Source: Candidatus Omnitrophota bacterium (GTDB taxonomy: Bacteria; Omnitrophota; Gorgyraeia; S143-82). Taken from it: a DNA stretch of 64,000 nt. The notes beneath the pieces are model-generated. The model saw only the letters and a list, made by a program, of their open reading frames with translations, did no database searches and was not told where the DNA came from. Numbering within the stretch: position 1 is the stretch's first letter; each line of letters opens with the position of its first letter. Of this stretch, positions 8,001-16,957 are shown piece by piece. Location of the stretch: the NCBI GenBank assembly GCA_015494465.1, contig WGBD01000006.1, positions 10,431-74,430 on the forward strand, given 5' to 3'. The position numbers and the translations under genes are program-made.

Positions 8001-10983
8001 TGAAGGAGCGGAGCACATCCACCCTCCCGATCTCTAGGAGGGTCGCACTCCAGGCCCGGACGATCAACTCCTTACTGCCCTCCAGTGCACCGATTTCGTC
8101 TTCCCCCGCTGACCCTAAGGCCTCTGCTATCACCTTCTCATTTATAGCCCGACTCTTGACAAGATAGACCAAAAACTGGATCAAAGACTCTATGCCCCCT
8201 TCCCGTGCCACCCCCAGAAACACCCGAGCCACCGCGCTGGAATCCTCTTTCAGACTGACGGTGAAGGTCTGAGCGACCCCGGGATTATTGGAACTTATCA
8301 GGGCCCGAGAAAGCTCAAAAGAAAATTCGTCTATCTTAGAAGGGCTTGCTTCTCCCCCTCTCTCCCTGGCTAGGTCCATCCAAAACTTCACTATCCCCGT
8401 CGATAACCTGATCAACCTCTGTTTAGAGGCCGACTTTTTCGCAAAGGCCTTCACCCATTCGTCGCGAACAGTCTCAGGGCGAGATGCGAACACCATCGTC
8501 AACCACTCAGTTGCAGTAGGGAGGTCCTCTTTGAGAAGTCCGGGAAAGTCCTTCACCCGGTCCAATATCTCTCCCGCTACCTCGCTCTTCAACAAATCGT
8601 CGACTCCGACAGCCTTTTCCATCCCAAAGAAAGCTTTCGCGATTTCCTGAAATACTCCTTCGTAGGTATTACTGTAACGGATCCTTTCGTCCAACAACAA
8701 ATCAATGGCGTTCGAGAAGGCACTTATCCGGTGCTTCCACTTATCCAGATCCTTTGCGGTGGCGTTATAGCTGACCAGGAACCTGGCCAGATTACTCACC
8801 AGCAGATCTAAGGTCTCCCCCTCCACTTGGGCCCCTAACAAGACCATCATCGCGCTGGCGAATCTAATCCCCTCGAGCTTCTTGTCATCCGATGTCATCT
8901 CCTCCAAGTTAAATCTCCCAAAAGACCTCACCAGCGCACTATACACTGGGACATAGGCAGGTTCCCAGATCACCTCTCCTCTGGGGAAGAAGGGTTGAGC
9001 AACCCTGGTAACCCACAAATAGAACAATTCCGCATCCTTGCAGTCAGATATTGGTGCGGAATCGATCCAATCGGCCAATTTTTCAGGAGAAAGTCTGTCA
9101 ATCGTCTTCTGCCAACGGGGCGTATCCGCCAACAGCTCCTTCAACTCTTCAGCCGACTTCGGGGCTGCCAACTCGACCGTTTTTCCTTTGGACCCAGGGC
9201 GTTTGCCTTTCTTTTTCTTAACCGACAGCCCTAAAAGTGGTAAGAATCCAAGGGAGGGGAACAAGGCAGATCCCAAAACCGCGACCAAAAACAAGACCAC
9301 CCCGTCGCGGTTATCCTTTAGTAATCGAACTGCCCTGAGGAGCACCGTTCGGAGCCTATCGCTCCACTTCCCCGTAACTGGGCCCGCCTTCAGAGGGGTC
9401 TTCCAGGTGATAATCGTGCCCGTCCTCCTTGCCACCTCTCTCAACAACGGCCGAAGCGAGGGCTCTTGCTTCCAGGCCTCAAAAAAGGCATTTACCACCG
9501 AATAGGAGTGCTTCCCTCCCTCTAGACCCAACAGGTCTCTCAACTCTCTCAAGGTCGAGACGAACAGATCTACGGTCTGGTCTTCAGATAAGTAAAGACC
9601 GTCCCCAACTTGGGGGGTGGCGACCATCTCCAGCTCCGCGGTAGGAGCGGTTGGATCGATCTTCCTGACCACTATCAAGGATAACGGCAGGCACCCCGCC
9701 TTGACGGGGAGATTGGCACCGTTCTCAATCCAGGCCCGGGTAAAGATCTCCCCCACCTGTCCGCATAGGCCAATGCGATATTTCTCGTCGAACTCGCTAG
9801 CAATGGCCCCTTTAAAGAGGGGCAAGGGCAGACCTGTCTTCTCCTCGACGGACGAGACCCGCCCTTTGCTTCCGTAGGCTATAACCGTCTTGTCTGCGAG
9901 GTAGTCGTAGAGAATCGCGAGCCATTGGCCTCTTCCAAGCCCGATCACATCCACCAGCTCTAACCTGACATCCTCGGGATACCTCATCCCCAGTTCCCTC
10001 TCCAAGGCCTCTAATACCTCTTTTGAGACCTCCTCTTTGGCAAAACGGATGTCCTGATACCCTACCGGAACGGGAGCCAAACGCAAAAACCCTTGATCGT
10101 CTACCTCCTTGCGCCTCAACCAGGAAAATACCGACTTCATCTTTATCCCACCCAGGGCCCTGACCAACTTCTTCCCCCGAAAGGAGAAGGAGACGGGAGA
10201 GAAGAATCTGTCCAGATAGGCGCGTTTCCACTCGTAAGGGTCGTCGCTAGGATCGTCGTCGTACAACCAGCTACCCAGCACCTCTACACCCCGCAAGGGA
10301 GCCCTCTTGGAGTCCAAAGTCTTCTTCCCCCTCCGAGAGAGCCTCCGCTTGAGGTGATTTGCCAACAGGTACACCGCAAAGGCCTCCCTCAACCTCCTGT
10401 AGGCGGGATCGCTGGATATCTTCTCCTCCAGATCCCTGGCAACCTGAGAGTAGAGGTCTGCGCACTCCCGGGAACCGCCCTTGAACTTGACCTTCAGCTT
10501 CACCTGGGAGACGAAGAACCTGTCTTCCTTTCCCTCCAGATAACCACGAGCCGGCTCCACCCAAAAGAAGGGGAAGTCAACCAATCCCTCCACATCTCCC
10601 GCAACCAGTCTGCGCAGGAGGATCGTCTCGAGGTCCTCCTTAAACTGGTAATCCATCGCCAAGAGCAGCCTCCCCACAGGGTTGTGCAGGAGTTCAGGGG
10701 GAAGCGGAGGATAGCCCGGAGACAGGTTCACCCACAGGATCTCCGGTGGTATCCTGAGGAAGGTCTCAAACAACCTCTCCACCTCTGATCTGGATAGAGA
10801 TAACCCCTCCTTGGGATACAGGATCCGATAGGTCCCCTTTCCTACCTCCAGCCCCAAGGGCACGGAGAAGGAAGGGCTACCCCCCCAACCTGCCCAGGCG
10901 TAGCCCGGGAATAGGGTGGTCGTCCCAAATATAAAGGCCAGGAGGCAAGCCTTTACTCTCGTCCAAAAAGGATCAGACATCAT
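2068..10983 (-). CDS. giant (2971 aa) uncharacterised secreted / membrane-anchored protein; no recognisable catalytic family
   Basis: Uninterrupted 8.9 kb ORF. N-terminal hydrophobic signal/anchor (MMSDPFWTRVKACLLAFIFGTTTLFPGYAWAGW). Internal TM helix near aa 535-560 (VVLFLVAVLGSALFPSLGFLPLLGLSV) followed by the polybasic patch KKKKGKRPGSKGK. Long Leu/Glu/Ala/Arg-rich, probably helical-repeat, region. Two hydrophobic segments near aa 2680-2720 (FALFLLPLTL..., ITPLFFPAVIGLTGWYIW followed by KRLSRRPRR). SD-like GGAGGG about 9 nt upstream of the ATG. Confidence 0.8.
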   Translation of the reverse strand: MMSDPFWTRVKACLLAFIFGTTTLFPGYAWAGWGGSPSFSVPLGLEVGKGTYRILYPKEGLSLSRSEVERLFETFLRIPPEILWVNLSPGYPPLPPELLHNPVGRLLLAMDYQFKEDLETILLRRLVAGDVEGLVDFPFFWVEPARGYLEGKEDRFFVSQVKLKVKFKGGSRECADLYSQVARDLEEKISSDPAYRRLREAFAVYLLANHLKRRLSRRGKKTLDSKRAPLRGVEVLGSWLYDDDPSDDPYEWKRAYLDRFFSPVSFSFRGKKLVRALGGIKMKSVFSWLRRKEVDDQGFLRLAPVPVGYQDIRFAKEEVSKEVLEALERELGMRYPEDVRLELVDVIGLGRGQWLAILYDYLADKTVIAYGSKGRVSSVEEKTGLPLPLFKGAIASEFDEKYRIGLCGQVGEIFTRAWIENGANLPVKAGCLPLSLIVVRKIDPTAPTAELEMVATPQVGDGLYLSEDQTVDLFVSTLRELRDLLGLEGGKHSYSVVNAFFEAWKQEPSLRPLLREVARRTGTIITWKTPLKAGPVTGKWSDRLRTVLLRAVRLLKDNRDGVVLFLVAVLGSALFPSLGFLPLLGLSVKKKKGKRPGSKGKTVELAAPKSAEELKELLADTPRWQKTIDRLSPEKLADWIDSAPISDCKDAELFYLWVTRVAQPFFPRGEVIWEPAYVPVYSALVRSFGRFNLEEMTSDDKKLEGIRFASAMMVLLGAQVEGETLDLLVSNLARFLVSYNATAKDLDKWKHRISAFSNAIDLLLDERIRYSNTYEGVFQEIAKAFFGMEKAVGVDDLLKSEVAGEILDRVKDFPGLLKEDLPTATEWLTMVFASRPETVRDEWVKAFAKKSASKQRLIRLSTGIVKFWMDLARERGGEASPSKIDEFSFELSRALISSNNPGVAQTFTVSLKEDSSAVARVFLGVAREGGIESLIQFLVYLVKSRAINEKVIAEALGSAGEDEIGALEGSKELIVRAWSATLLEIGRVDVLRSFSEPYWQTDPFVCALRFAGLLGEGRFAELNRDLSSLSPDQTNWLIGQIKRLLSHPDYRKYRMLFSCALVLLQGENWVSALKDRLESVDGIAPEEEVFLADLLEAVVYRLDRSGPSEPKGLSEIVDSLKRLSGGFSFTYPGVVEPLLILLWWLDRPEDVKAVIEKTLSSKSAQGIPRSARKSLEGIRSLLKGKMPAILDRKAFSGGVLPSLMLVVALERFDRWDKNEEVKSLGRYADYLLASDLRIFHLYGRAFKAFASAVLASRGLEETEDMEERLDSLAYDLSGPLDLPEEDLPWFVVKGELAPILKGIEDRSAWSRMMVLSYLSFVVGELAVNNKEEFWDGLRTVLSRSLGENLIPAIGLTAIDALEEPTDEVLSRGIIDSKEVKGWLVESLVRYAKTFSFTKPKQWKKRKGELKWLEDSLKRMVEFSRGKASLVSSLLEEVRSRLEAEKVDIAEVPLAGELKDLIASKEGEEEKAREAYGPLIEALNEIAERVAEYTGSMDPDLKIFQDFQQLYLAKAVKHLPSFKEDWLEAWRKTNPLGSSYIVVRFYSGKELIKELNIPNTFPLEVFRHYEVDWGRGNIVDRVELRYHQIKGLPLKASMDLRWLRDFLNNLDQYLSLWGPNLKSPPEVVLPPILAKYLGRPRQRAPDKRGGKHFELHFSKPVNRLPDNFKATRSLLTSLYLELHGDRSVVATDSLLKVADLLKGHEKVIWEGIEKRKPFLNKLKKLGLELGNETKIAVVGAQIGGRYVPVIVWLEPHPLGGQWVPRMVIYGARVEIFDEFGIAKQLLDKVLKVSLVAVPVSKALHVRKTVSWIGLKGGSGKPIVDSIDPIFKITRNWELDYMRKAMYCIAFPEDEKRDYRYYLVLAGLSKSFCLCKVPNGKEDMTFLDMLSYIEKSIPYDGSWWREIKKISFANAAGGKKMLLASSLVEKFFRDYPIDCEWVMLRMPKWTSLSGLWAQPKRVDINKYIVVSRVLELEKEKTIIIDFYEQITPVVGSMILKRGVDLLRDEQRLSYAFSLDFVFSENGMRARLYRKDKDGMSISSFLGWEEVNKFVFGQSGKRELVLSPAKLFPDYVKPVQSGKFVKTRHPVFVGHQSAFSLDFGGYKCGFAKSVYWEGSPLYELLKNGSYTMKGVLEENAGPDIKFTFYLKRENWINWEEVFVILVDKAKNRFRVLSKHPNLDIIYTPGQWRELGESTFMWFKGEDKDKVKIVEYDSWRKTHYQVSMARVEINVRRVLPWWIKKEAIFKVEKKSENKRVIKLIKRQGKLNLILGKVTVESFPDLGKRVVFDSEGNKICEFSMKRKQYHIRIEDLFPRVNDAFPVFVGLPSSREIIERANHIKPSNRLRGIGSLSIGSQSILHITVSSKSKESMGGELARVFDMGAFVFFYPNGGIITFAVPAIDLEMPVARIVKKWKHTSISFLWHLPPKNYNPLRKLSSYKVGPKHHGPPAIVISLYSLLPLAPRDPEKSQEWAQMYLERLRKARDFTKQELEGFYSGILKFFSIYYTGSGMVPVESWPILFRAKMIPGWKASYNFTLLPHYSGIAEFFEDEARVLAYRKFLRDVIVINPRVFSRMIRAGVQPDRFNNLAHYARWRTALCVLSMLTGDEKVNDVLIEYYLNHMQDFEHDARLLWEFEERFVGKGMRPDERELVKNAAEDLSKFYRTLDTRLIRMRLEEGAGTKLNSFALFLLPLTLNGIKYSLLQASLFSITPLFFPAVIGLTGWYIWKRLSRRPRRVLTSNGEGILFKIGSTVSKLYPKYRSQIYRILRSNDSLQRKAENLVLHIISHMGPYGECLRLEALSSLSSRLSPRFLYDLANTRIEDTYYDPFKVLDLLAREGVLGFVSAWSGVPLSYQLLSEKVSRAPGLGSKVLFNLLSFNPERWDRLGIGSRYPFVKEYLSQILKRKGRNLVRKVDYAVNFLWELRYLFTGEERSAMFSVVESWRTRFYPVNRLLQPGKRTRLPVKGGVVFYE

Positions 10984-11042
10984 CTAACCGTAGCCCTCCT
11001 ACCTATACTAAACATTTTAATAATCCCTTAAAAAGTATTATA
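10984..11042 (-). promoter_or_regulatory. AT-rich intergenic island upstream of the giant ORF: putative promoter plus ribosome binding site
   Basis: A 59-bp stretch of markedly lower GC than its surroundings. On the minus strand it reads GGCCTCGTAATATAATACTTTTTAAGGGATTATTAAAATGTTTAGTATAGGTAGGAGGGCTACGGTTAGATG. It contains TATAAT-like hexamers and a GGAGGG Shine-Dalgarno about 9 nt before the start codon. Confidence 0.35.
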
Positions 11043-11636
11043 TTACGAGGCCTTTCGTATGCCAACCTCAAACTCGCTCACGCAGGTATCCCCGTACTCT
11101 CGCCTCCTAACAAGCCTAAGGCAATAGGTCTCGTTCAGGCGCATACGGCAATAGTGTTCCAGAAATACCCGCGCCTCGGGCTTGAGTATACCGTATTCAC
11201 AGATGGCCTTTAGGGTGCTCCGTTCCCACCTGCCGTGGTAGGGGGGGTCTATGTAAACCACATCCACCTCTATCTCCTTGGAGGCCAAGAACTTAATAGA
11301 CCTCTTAATCCCCCAAGGCAGGATTATACAGCCCTTCTCCGGAAGGACTGAAGGGGCCACCACATAGGGTTGCCCCACCAACGAGAGATTTTTCTCTATG
11401 AGTTTGACGACCTCCGGATCCTTCTCGACGAATATCACCCGATCCATCCCCCGGGAGAGGGCCTCTATTCCCACCGCCCCGGATCCGGCAAAGAGGTCAA
11501 GGAAGGTTCCGCCTGAGAAAAACTCCCCCAATACGGTGAACAAGGCCTTACGGACCTTGGTACTGGTAGGGCGTATCTTGGCTATAAATCTGAGCTTTTT
11601 CCCCCGGTACCTGCCACCTACAAGGGTAAGGTGCAT
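11043..11636 (-). CDS. rsmD: 16S rRNA (guanine966-N2)-methyltransferase RsmD
   Basis: 197 aa. SAM-MTase motifs LDLFAGSGAVGIEALSRG and the N6/N2-MTase signature DPPY (VVYIDPPY). Confidence 0.85.
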   Translation of the reverse strand: MHLTLVGGRYRGKKLRFIAKIRPTSTKVRKALFTVLGEFFSGGTFLDLFAGSGAVGIEALSRGMDRVIFVEKDPEVVKLIEKNLSLVGQPYVVAPSVLPEKGCIILPWGIKRSIKFLASKEIEVDVVYIDPPYHGRWERSTLKAICEYGILKPEARVFLEHYCRMRLNETYCLRLVRRREYGDTCVSEFEVGIRKAS

Positions 11637-11642
11637 CTTGTA

Positions 11643-12044
11643 TTAAAACAGCCTCTTTGCCCTGCCGTTGAGTTCACTCTGACGGGCGGACTCGCACTTC
11701 ACGCAAAGGGTAGCGGAGGGCATTATCTTGAGCCTGCCCTTTGGGATGGGCTCCCCACAGCCCTCGCACAGGCCGTAGACACCGCGCTCTATCTTTTCCA
11801 AGGCGTACCTCAAGGCGGACAACTGCTCGTACTCCTTGGAAAGGATACCGGCGGAGAATTCCTTGTCGTATATCTCTCCGGACACATCAGCCATGTGCAT
11901 GCTGTAAACGGATGTCCTTTCCCCTCCTAAGGTCTCCCCGGAGATGCGCTTTATCTCTTCTTCCAGGCGCTCTATCTCCTTCAGAATTATCGGCTTAAAT
12001 ATCTTCTTCATCTCCGTCTTGGTAAGAGGCTTAGCCTTAGCCAT
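11643..12044 (-). CDS. DksA/TraR-family C4 zinc-finger transcription factor
   Basis: 133 aa with a C-terminal CEGC-x17-CVKC, the exact CxxC-x17-CxxC spacing of DksA/TraR zinc fingers. N-terminal region is coiled-coil-like. Overlaps the ileS 3' end by 8 nt. Confidence 0.7.
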   Translation of the reverse strand: MAKAKPLTKTEMKKIFKPIILKEIERLEEEIKRISGETLGGERTSVYSMHMADVSGEIYDKEFSAGILSKEYEQLSALRYALEKIERGVYGLCEGCGEPIPKGRLKIMPSATLCVKCESARQSELNGRAKRLF

Positions 12045-14778
12045 CTGCCCGTACCTCCCTATTTTCCAACTGCCTGACCACCTCCGTACAGCGAGGACAT
12101 AACTCCGGCCATTGCTTATCCATTCCCACCTCGGTTGACCAGTTCCAACAGCGCAGGCACTTCTTACCGCTGGCCCTCTCCACCCTGACCATCCGCTCCT
12201 GTCCCTTCTCCAGTTCCACTCCGGACACTATAAAGACATACTTCAGGAAATCTGCGTGCCTCTGTATCAGCCTGTAATCCTCATCTGGCAAGTATAATAC
12301 AATACTGGCCTCAAGTGAACTGCCGATCAAATCTTTTTCCCGGGCCTCCTCCAAGGCCTTAAGGACCATGTCGCGAATCTCCATTATCAGATCCCACTCC
12401 CGGCGCTCCTCAGGGGACATCTGAGGAAGAGACTCTGGCCAATACTCCAGGTGCACCGATTCCCCTCCCACCAGATGCTCCCAAACCTCGTCCGCGGTGA
12501 ACACCAATACCGGCGAGACTATCTTGGCAAGGGCAACCCCTATCTCGTACAGACTGCTCTGGGCGGACCGGCGCTCCAAGGAGTCGGGTGCGCTAACATA
12601 CAACCTGTCTTTGAGGACATCCAGATAAAACGAACTCATGTCTATGTTGCAGAAGTGGTATATCTGCTGAAACACCTTGGGGAAGTCGTAACTGCCGTAG
12701 GCCCGGTCCACTAACTCCACCAAAGTAGCGAGACGATCCACTGCCCACCGGTCAATGGAAAGGCGAGAAGAGAACGGGATCGCGTTTTCCTGGGGATTGA
12801 AGTCGTAAAGATTGGCAAGGATGTAGCGAAATGTATTCCTGATCTTGCGATAGGCATCTGCCATCTGCTTGAGTATGTCTTCAGAGAGCCTTACATCTGC
12901 CTGATAATCCGAGGACAGGACCCACAACCTCAGGATGTCCGCACCGTAATTCTTCAGGACATCCTGGGGGGATATCACATTGCCCAGGGACTTGGACATC
13001 TTCCTCCCCTGTCCGTCCACGACGAAGCCGTGGGTAAGGACCGCCTTGTAAGGAGCAATACCCCGAACCGCAGTGGAAGGTATGAGGGAGGATTGGAACC
13101 AACCACGGTGCTGATCGCTCCCTTCCAGATACAGATCCGCGGGGAAACTCAACTCGTTGTCCGCCTCCAGGACCGCAGAGAAACTACCCCCTGACTCAAA
13201 CCACACATCGATGATGTCCTCCCCTGGGGAGAAGTCATTGACCCCGCACTTTGCACACTCCTTACCTTCCACCAATCCACCGACTTCCTCGCTGAACCAG
13301 ACATCCGAGCCCTTCTCCGCTACCAGTCTGGCAAGGTTCAGTATCACATCCACATCCAACAACGGCTCACCGCAGGCCCTGCAGTAGAATACCGGGATGG
13401 GCAGGCCCCAATAGCGCTGGCGGGACAGACACCAATCAGGACGGTCTTTTACCATCGCCTTTATCCTCTCCCGACCTGAGGCAGGTATCCACTTCACCGA
13501 ATCTATGGTCCGCAGGAGTTCTTCCCGCAGGCCCTTGTGGTCCACCGACAGGAACCACTGATAGGTTGCCCGGAAGATTATCGGCTTCTTACACCGCCAG
13601 CAATGAGGATAGGAGTGGATTAATTTGGAAGAGTAAAGGAGTCGACCCAACTCCGACAGCCTCTGCAATATCAACTCGTTGGCCTGCTGTATGTCCTTGC
13701 CTTCCAGTTCCGGAAAATCAGGGGTATTGAAGAACCTACCTTTCTCGTCCACCTGCATTATCAGGTCCAGACCGCACCTCACCCCCAGTTGGAAGTCCTC
13801 GTGCCCGTGCCCCGGGGCTATGTGCACGAATCCGCTTCCCTCCTCAGCGGAAACGAAGTCCGCCAAGACCACCTTGGATACGCGCGAGAGAAACGGATGC
13901 CTGTACTTCTTACCTTCCAGATCCCTACCCCGCCTGCGACTTTTGACCTTCAGATCCCGCCCCAACAACTCCTTCACAGCAGGCAGACGGCTCTCAGCGA
14001 GGTAAAGTGCCTTATCCCCGTCCTCTACCAGGATGTAATCCAGATCCGGATGGACTGCAACTGCGGTATTTGCGTAAAGCGTCCAAGGGGTGGTCGTCCA
14101 TATCAGGAGGTAAACACCCTCCTGACCCTCCAGAGGGAACAGGACATAGATGGAGGGTGATTCCTTATCGTAGTATTCAACCTCCGCCTCCGCCAAGGCG
14201 GTCTCGCAACTCGCACACCAGTGCACCGGCTTGCGCCCACGATAGATGTAGCCCTCCTTGACCAGCATAGCGAACAATTCGTACAACCGGGACTCGTACT
14301 TAGGAGATAATGTCAGGTACGGCCTCTCCCACCTGCCCAACACCCCCAAGCGCTTGAACTCTGCCCTCTGGATGTCCACGAATTTAAGGGCGTACTCGTG
14401 GGCCATCCTGCGAAACTCCAGTTTGTCCACCTCGTGCTTGGTCTTGCCCAACTCCTTGAACAGCTGGTGCTCCACGGGAAGCCCGTGACAGTCCCAACCC
14501 GGCACATAGGGACAGTCAAAGCCCTTCAGAGTGTGGTATCTGATAACTATGTCCTTCAGTATCTTGTTCAGGGCGTGGCCCATGTGGATGTGTCCGTTGG
14601 CATAAGGCGGACCGTCGTGGAGGACGAACTTCTCTGCCCCACTGCGGGCCTCTCTTATCCTCCCGTAAAGGCCCATATCCTCCCACTTTCTGAGGCGTTC
14701 GGGTTCCCTCTTGGGCAGGTTCGCCCGCATAGGGAAGTCCGTCCGGGGGAGATTTAGGGTGTCCCTGTAATCGCCCAT
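12037..14778 (-). CDS. ileS: isoleucyl-tRNA synthetase
   Basis: 913 aa. HMGH (HIGH-class) motif PYANGHIHMGHALNK, KMSKS motif ([10 protein letters not shown]), C-terminal Cys cluster CLRCWNW...CPRC. Confidence 0.92.
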   Translation of the reverse strand: MGDYRDTLNLPRTDFPMRANLPKREPERLRKWEDMGLYGRIREARSGAEKFVLHDGPPYANGHIHMGHALNKILKDIVIRYHTLKGFDCPYVPGWDCHGLPVEHQLFKELGKTKHEVDKLEFRRMAHEYALKFVDIQRAEFKRLGVLGRWERPYLTLSPKYESRLYELFAMLVKEGYIYRGRKPVHWCASCETALAEAEVEYYDKESPSIYVLFPLEGQEGVYLLIWTTTPWTLYANTAVAVHPDLDYILVEDGDKALYLAESRLPAVKELLGRDLKVKSRRRGRDLEGKKYRHPFLSRVSKVVLADFVSAEEGSGFVHIAPGHGHEDFQLGVRCGLDLIMQVDEKGRFFNTPDFPELEGKDIQQANELILQRLSELGRLLYSSKLIHSYPHCWRCKKPIIFRATYQWFLSVDHKGLREELLRTIDSVKWIPASGRERIKAMVKDRPDWCLSRQRYWGLPIPVFYCRACGEPLLDVDVILNLARLVAEKGSDVWFSEEVGGLVEGKECAKCGVNDFSPGEDIIDVWFESGGSFSAVLEADNELSFPADLYLEGSDQHRGWFQSSLIPSTAVRGIAPYKAVLTHGFVVDGQGRKMSKSLGNVISPQDVLKNYGADILRLWVLSSDYQADVRLSEDILKQMADAYRKIRNTFRYILANLYDFNPQENAIPFSSRLSIDRWAVDRLATLVELVDRAYGSYDFPKVFQQIYHFCNIDMSSFYLDVLKDRLYVSAPDSLERRSAQSSLYEIGVALAKIVSPVLVFTADEVWEHLVGGESVHLEYWPESLPQMSPEERREWDLIMEIRDMVLKALEEAREKDLIGSSLEASIVLYLPDEDYRLIQRHADFLKYVFIVSGVELEKGQERMVRVERASGKKCLRCWNWSTEVGMDKQWPELCPRCTEVVRQLENREVRADG

Positions 14779-16940
14779 CAGGTCCGCACCTTCCTACCAA
14801 CGAGCACCAAGGGAGACGCTATGAATATGGTAGAATAGGTCCCGGAGATCACTCCAACCAGCAACGCGAAGGCAAAGTCGTTAAGAACCTCACCGCCAAA
14901 CAGGTATATGGACAGGACCACCAAGAGCGTGGTGAAGGAAGTAATGATGGTCCTGCTCAGCGTCTCGCTTATCGCGGTATTTATGATCTCGTAGAGCCCT
15001 GCCCGGCGCATCACCCTGCGCTTTTCCCTAACCCGGTCGTAGATCACGATCGTATCGTTCACCGAATAACCTGCAATGGTCAGCAGGGCGGTTATGATGA
15101 GCAGGTCCAACTGCCTGCCGGTGAAGGCGAGGAAACTCAAGGTCACCAAGACATCGTGCAACAGGGCAACTACCGCTGCCACCGCGAAGTTCCAGTGGTG
15201 AAAGCGGAAGGCCACATACACGAGTATCCCTATCAAAGACCACACCACCGCAAGGGTTGCCTTCTTCTTGAGGAGTTTTCCAATGGACGGACCTACCCTC
15301 TCAACGCGCAACAACTTGGCCCCCAGTTTTTCCCCAAAGGCCTTGTCCACCTTATCCACCACATCGTCCTTGGTCCGGATTATCACCGAACTCTTATCGT
15401 CCCTGAAGCGCTGTATCAGGGCATTCTCTACACCCAATTCCTTGAGGGTCTGCCTTATCTTGGCGGTATCCACTGGATGGTCAAACCTGTACTCCTGGAG
15501 ATATCCGCCCGCGAAGTCTATTCCAAACATGCTCTGGCCCCGGTAGAGAAAGACGCCTGCTCCACCTACGATTACCGCCAGAGAAAGCAGATAGGCCCAC
15601 CTGCGCCAAGCGAGGAAGTCGATCTTCACTCCCTCAAACACACTGGACATCGGCAACCTGCTCAGTCCGGTGTACTCCAAGAGGAGTTCAAAGACCAGTC
15701 GGGTAAAGACTATCGCGGTGAACATACTGGCCAGGATTCCTATGGACAGCGTTACCGCAAATCCCTTTATCGGGCCAGTCCCGAACTGGAAAAGCATCAC
15801 CGCAGCTATCAAGGTGGTGAGATTGGAATCCACTATGGTCAGAAAGGCCTTCTCGTACCCTGCCCTTATCGCGCTCCTCAAGGGTGAACCCGCACGCAAC
15901 TCCTCCTTGATGCGCTCGTTTATCAGGACATTCGCATCCACTGCCATACCCAAGGTGAGGATGATACCTGCAATGCCCGGCAGGGTTAGGGTCGCCTTGA
16001 ACAGCCCCAATCCCCCCAATATGATGAGGACATTGAACAAAAGGGCGACATCCGCGATAAGCCCTGCCAGACGATAATACAACAGCATAAACAAGAAGAC
16101 CAAAACAGCACCTATAAGGGCAGACTTTATCCCCTGGCGGATAGAATCCTGTCCCAACAACGGGCCAACGGTCCTCTCTTCCACCACCTTCATAGGGGCA
16201 GGCAGGGCACCCACCCGCAAGACCAGTGCCAGGTCCTGGGCTTCTGGCACGGTGAAGTGGCCGGTTATGGAGGCCCTACCCCCGGTAATCGGCTCCCTTA
16301 TCTGGGGGGCGGACTGGACCTTACCGTCGAGGACTATCGCCAGATTACGACCTACATTCTTCCGGGTAATCTCTGCGAAGACCTTGCTACCCTCGGGGGT
16401 GAATTCCAAGGAGACCGAGGGTTGATTGTACTGGTCAAAACTCATGTACGCCTTCTTAATGGCATCCCCGGTGAGCAGAGGCTTCTTCTCCACCAGATAG
16501 GGCCGACCTTCCTCGTCGTACAGGACCTCGTAATCCTCAGGTATGGGTTCACCTTTCAAGGCCTTGGCCAGCAACTGGGGATCCTCCACCACCAACTTGA
16601 ACTCTAACTGGGCGGTCTTGCCCACGATGTCCAAGGCCCGCCTCCTGTCGGTCACTCCCGGCAACTGCAGGACTATCTCGTCCATCCCCTGGCGGGTGAT
16701 GGAGGGTTCCTTCACCCCGAACTCGTCAATACGATTGCGAATCACCTCAAGGGCCCTCTCTATCGCATCTTCCTTATCCTTGGGAGGGATCTGGCTGGTA
16801 TCCACCTTCAAGACGAGGTGCATACCCCCCTTGAGGTCCAATCCGAGGTTGATCTTCTTATCCAACGGGAGGGCCGACCAGAGGGAGAAAACTAATACCG
16901 CCAGTACGACCGCCAATCGCCACTTGACCCGCCTGTCCAT
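14778..16940 (-). CDS. secDF: protein translocase subunit SecDF (fused SecD-SecF)
   Basis: 720 aa single ORF. SecD N-terminus KINLGLDLKGGMHLVLKV and periplasmic domain, then a second 6-TM SecF-like half (FRFHHWNFAVAAVVALLHDVLVTL). Confidence 0.88.
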   Translation of the reverse strand: MDRRVKWRLAVVLAVLVFSLWSALPLDKKINLGLDLKGGMHLVLKVDTSQIPPKDKEDAIERALEVIRNRIDEFGVKEPSITRQGMDEIVLQLPGVTDRRRALDIVGKTAQLEFKLVVEDPQLLAKALKGEPIPEDYEVLYDEEGRPYLVEKKPLLTGDAIKKAYMSFDQYNQPSVSLEFTPEGSKVFAEITRKNVGRNLAIVLDGKVQSAPQIREPITGGRASITGHFTVPEAQDLALVLRVGALPAPMKVVEERTVGPLLGQDSIRQGIKSALIGAVLVFLFMLLYYRLAGLIADVALLFNVLIILGGLGLFKATLTLPGIAGIILTLGMAVDANVLINERIKEELRAGSPLRSAIRAGYEKAFLTIVDSNLTTLIAAVMLFQFGTGPIKGFAVTLSIGILASMFTAIVFTRLVFELLLEYTGLSRLPMSSVFEGVKIDFLAWRRWAYLLSLAVIVGGAGVFLYRGQSMFGIDFAGGYLQEYRFDHPVDTAKIRQTLKELGVENALIQRFRDDKSSVIIRTKDDVVDKVDKAFGEKLGAKLLRVERVGPSIGKLLKKKATLAVVWSLIGILVYVAFRFHHWNFAVAAVVALLHDVLVTLSFLAFTGRQLDLLIITALLTIAGYSVNDTIVIYDRVREKRRVMRRAGLYEIINTAISETLSRTIITSFTTLLVVLSIYLFGGEVLNDFAFALLVGVISGTYSTIFIASPLVLVGRKVRT

Positions 16941-16957
16941 ACAGGAACTCCTTTAGA

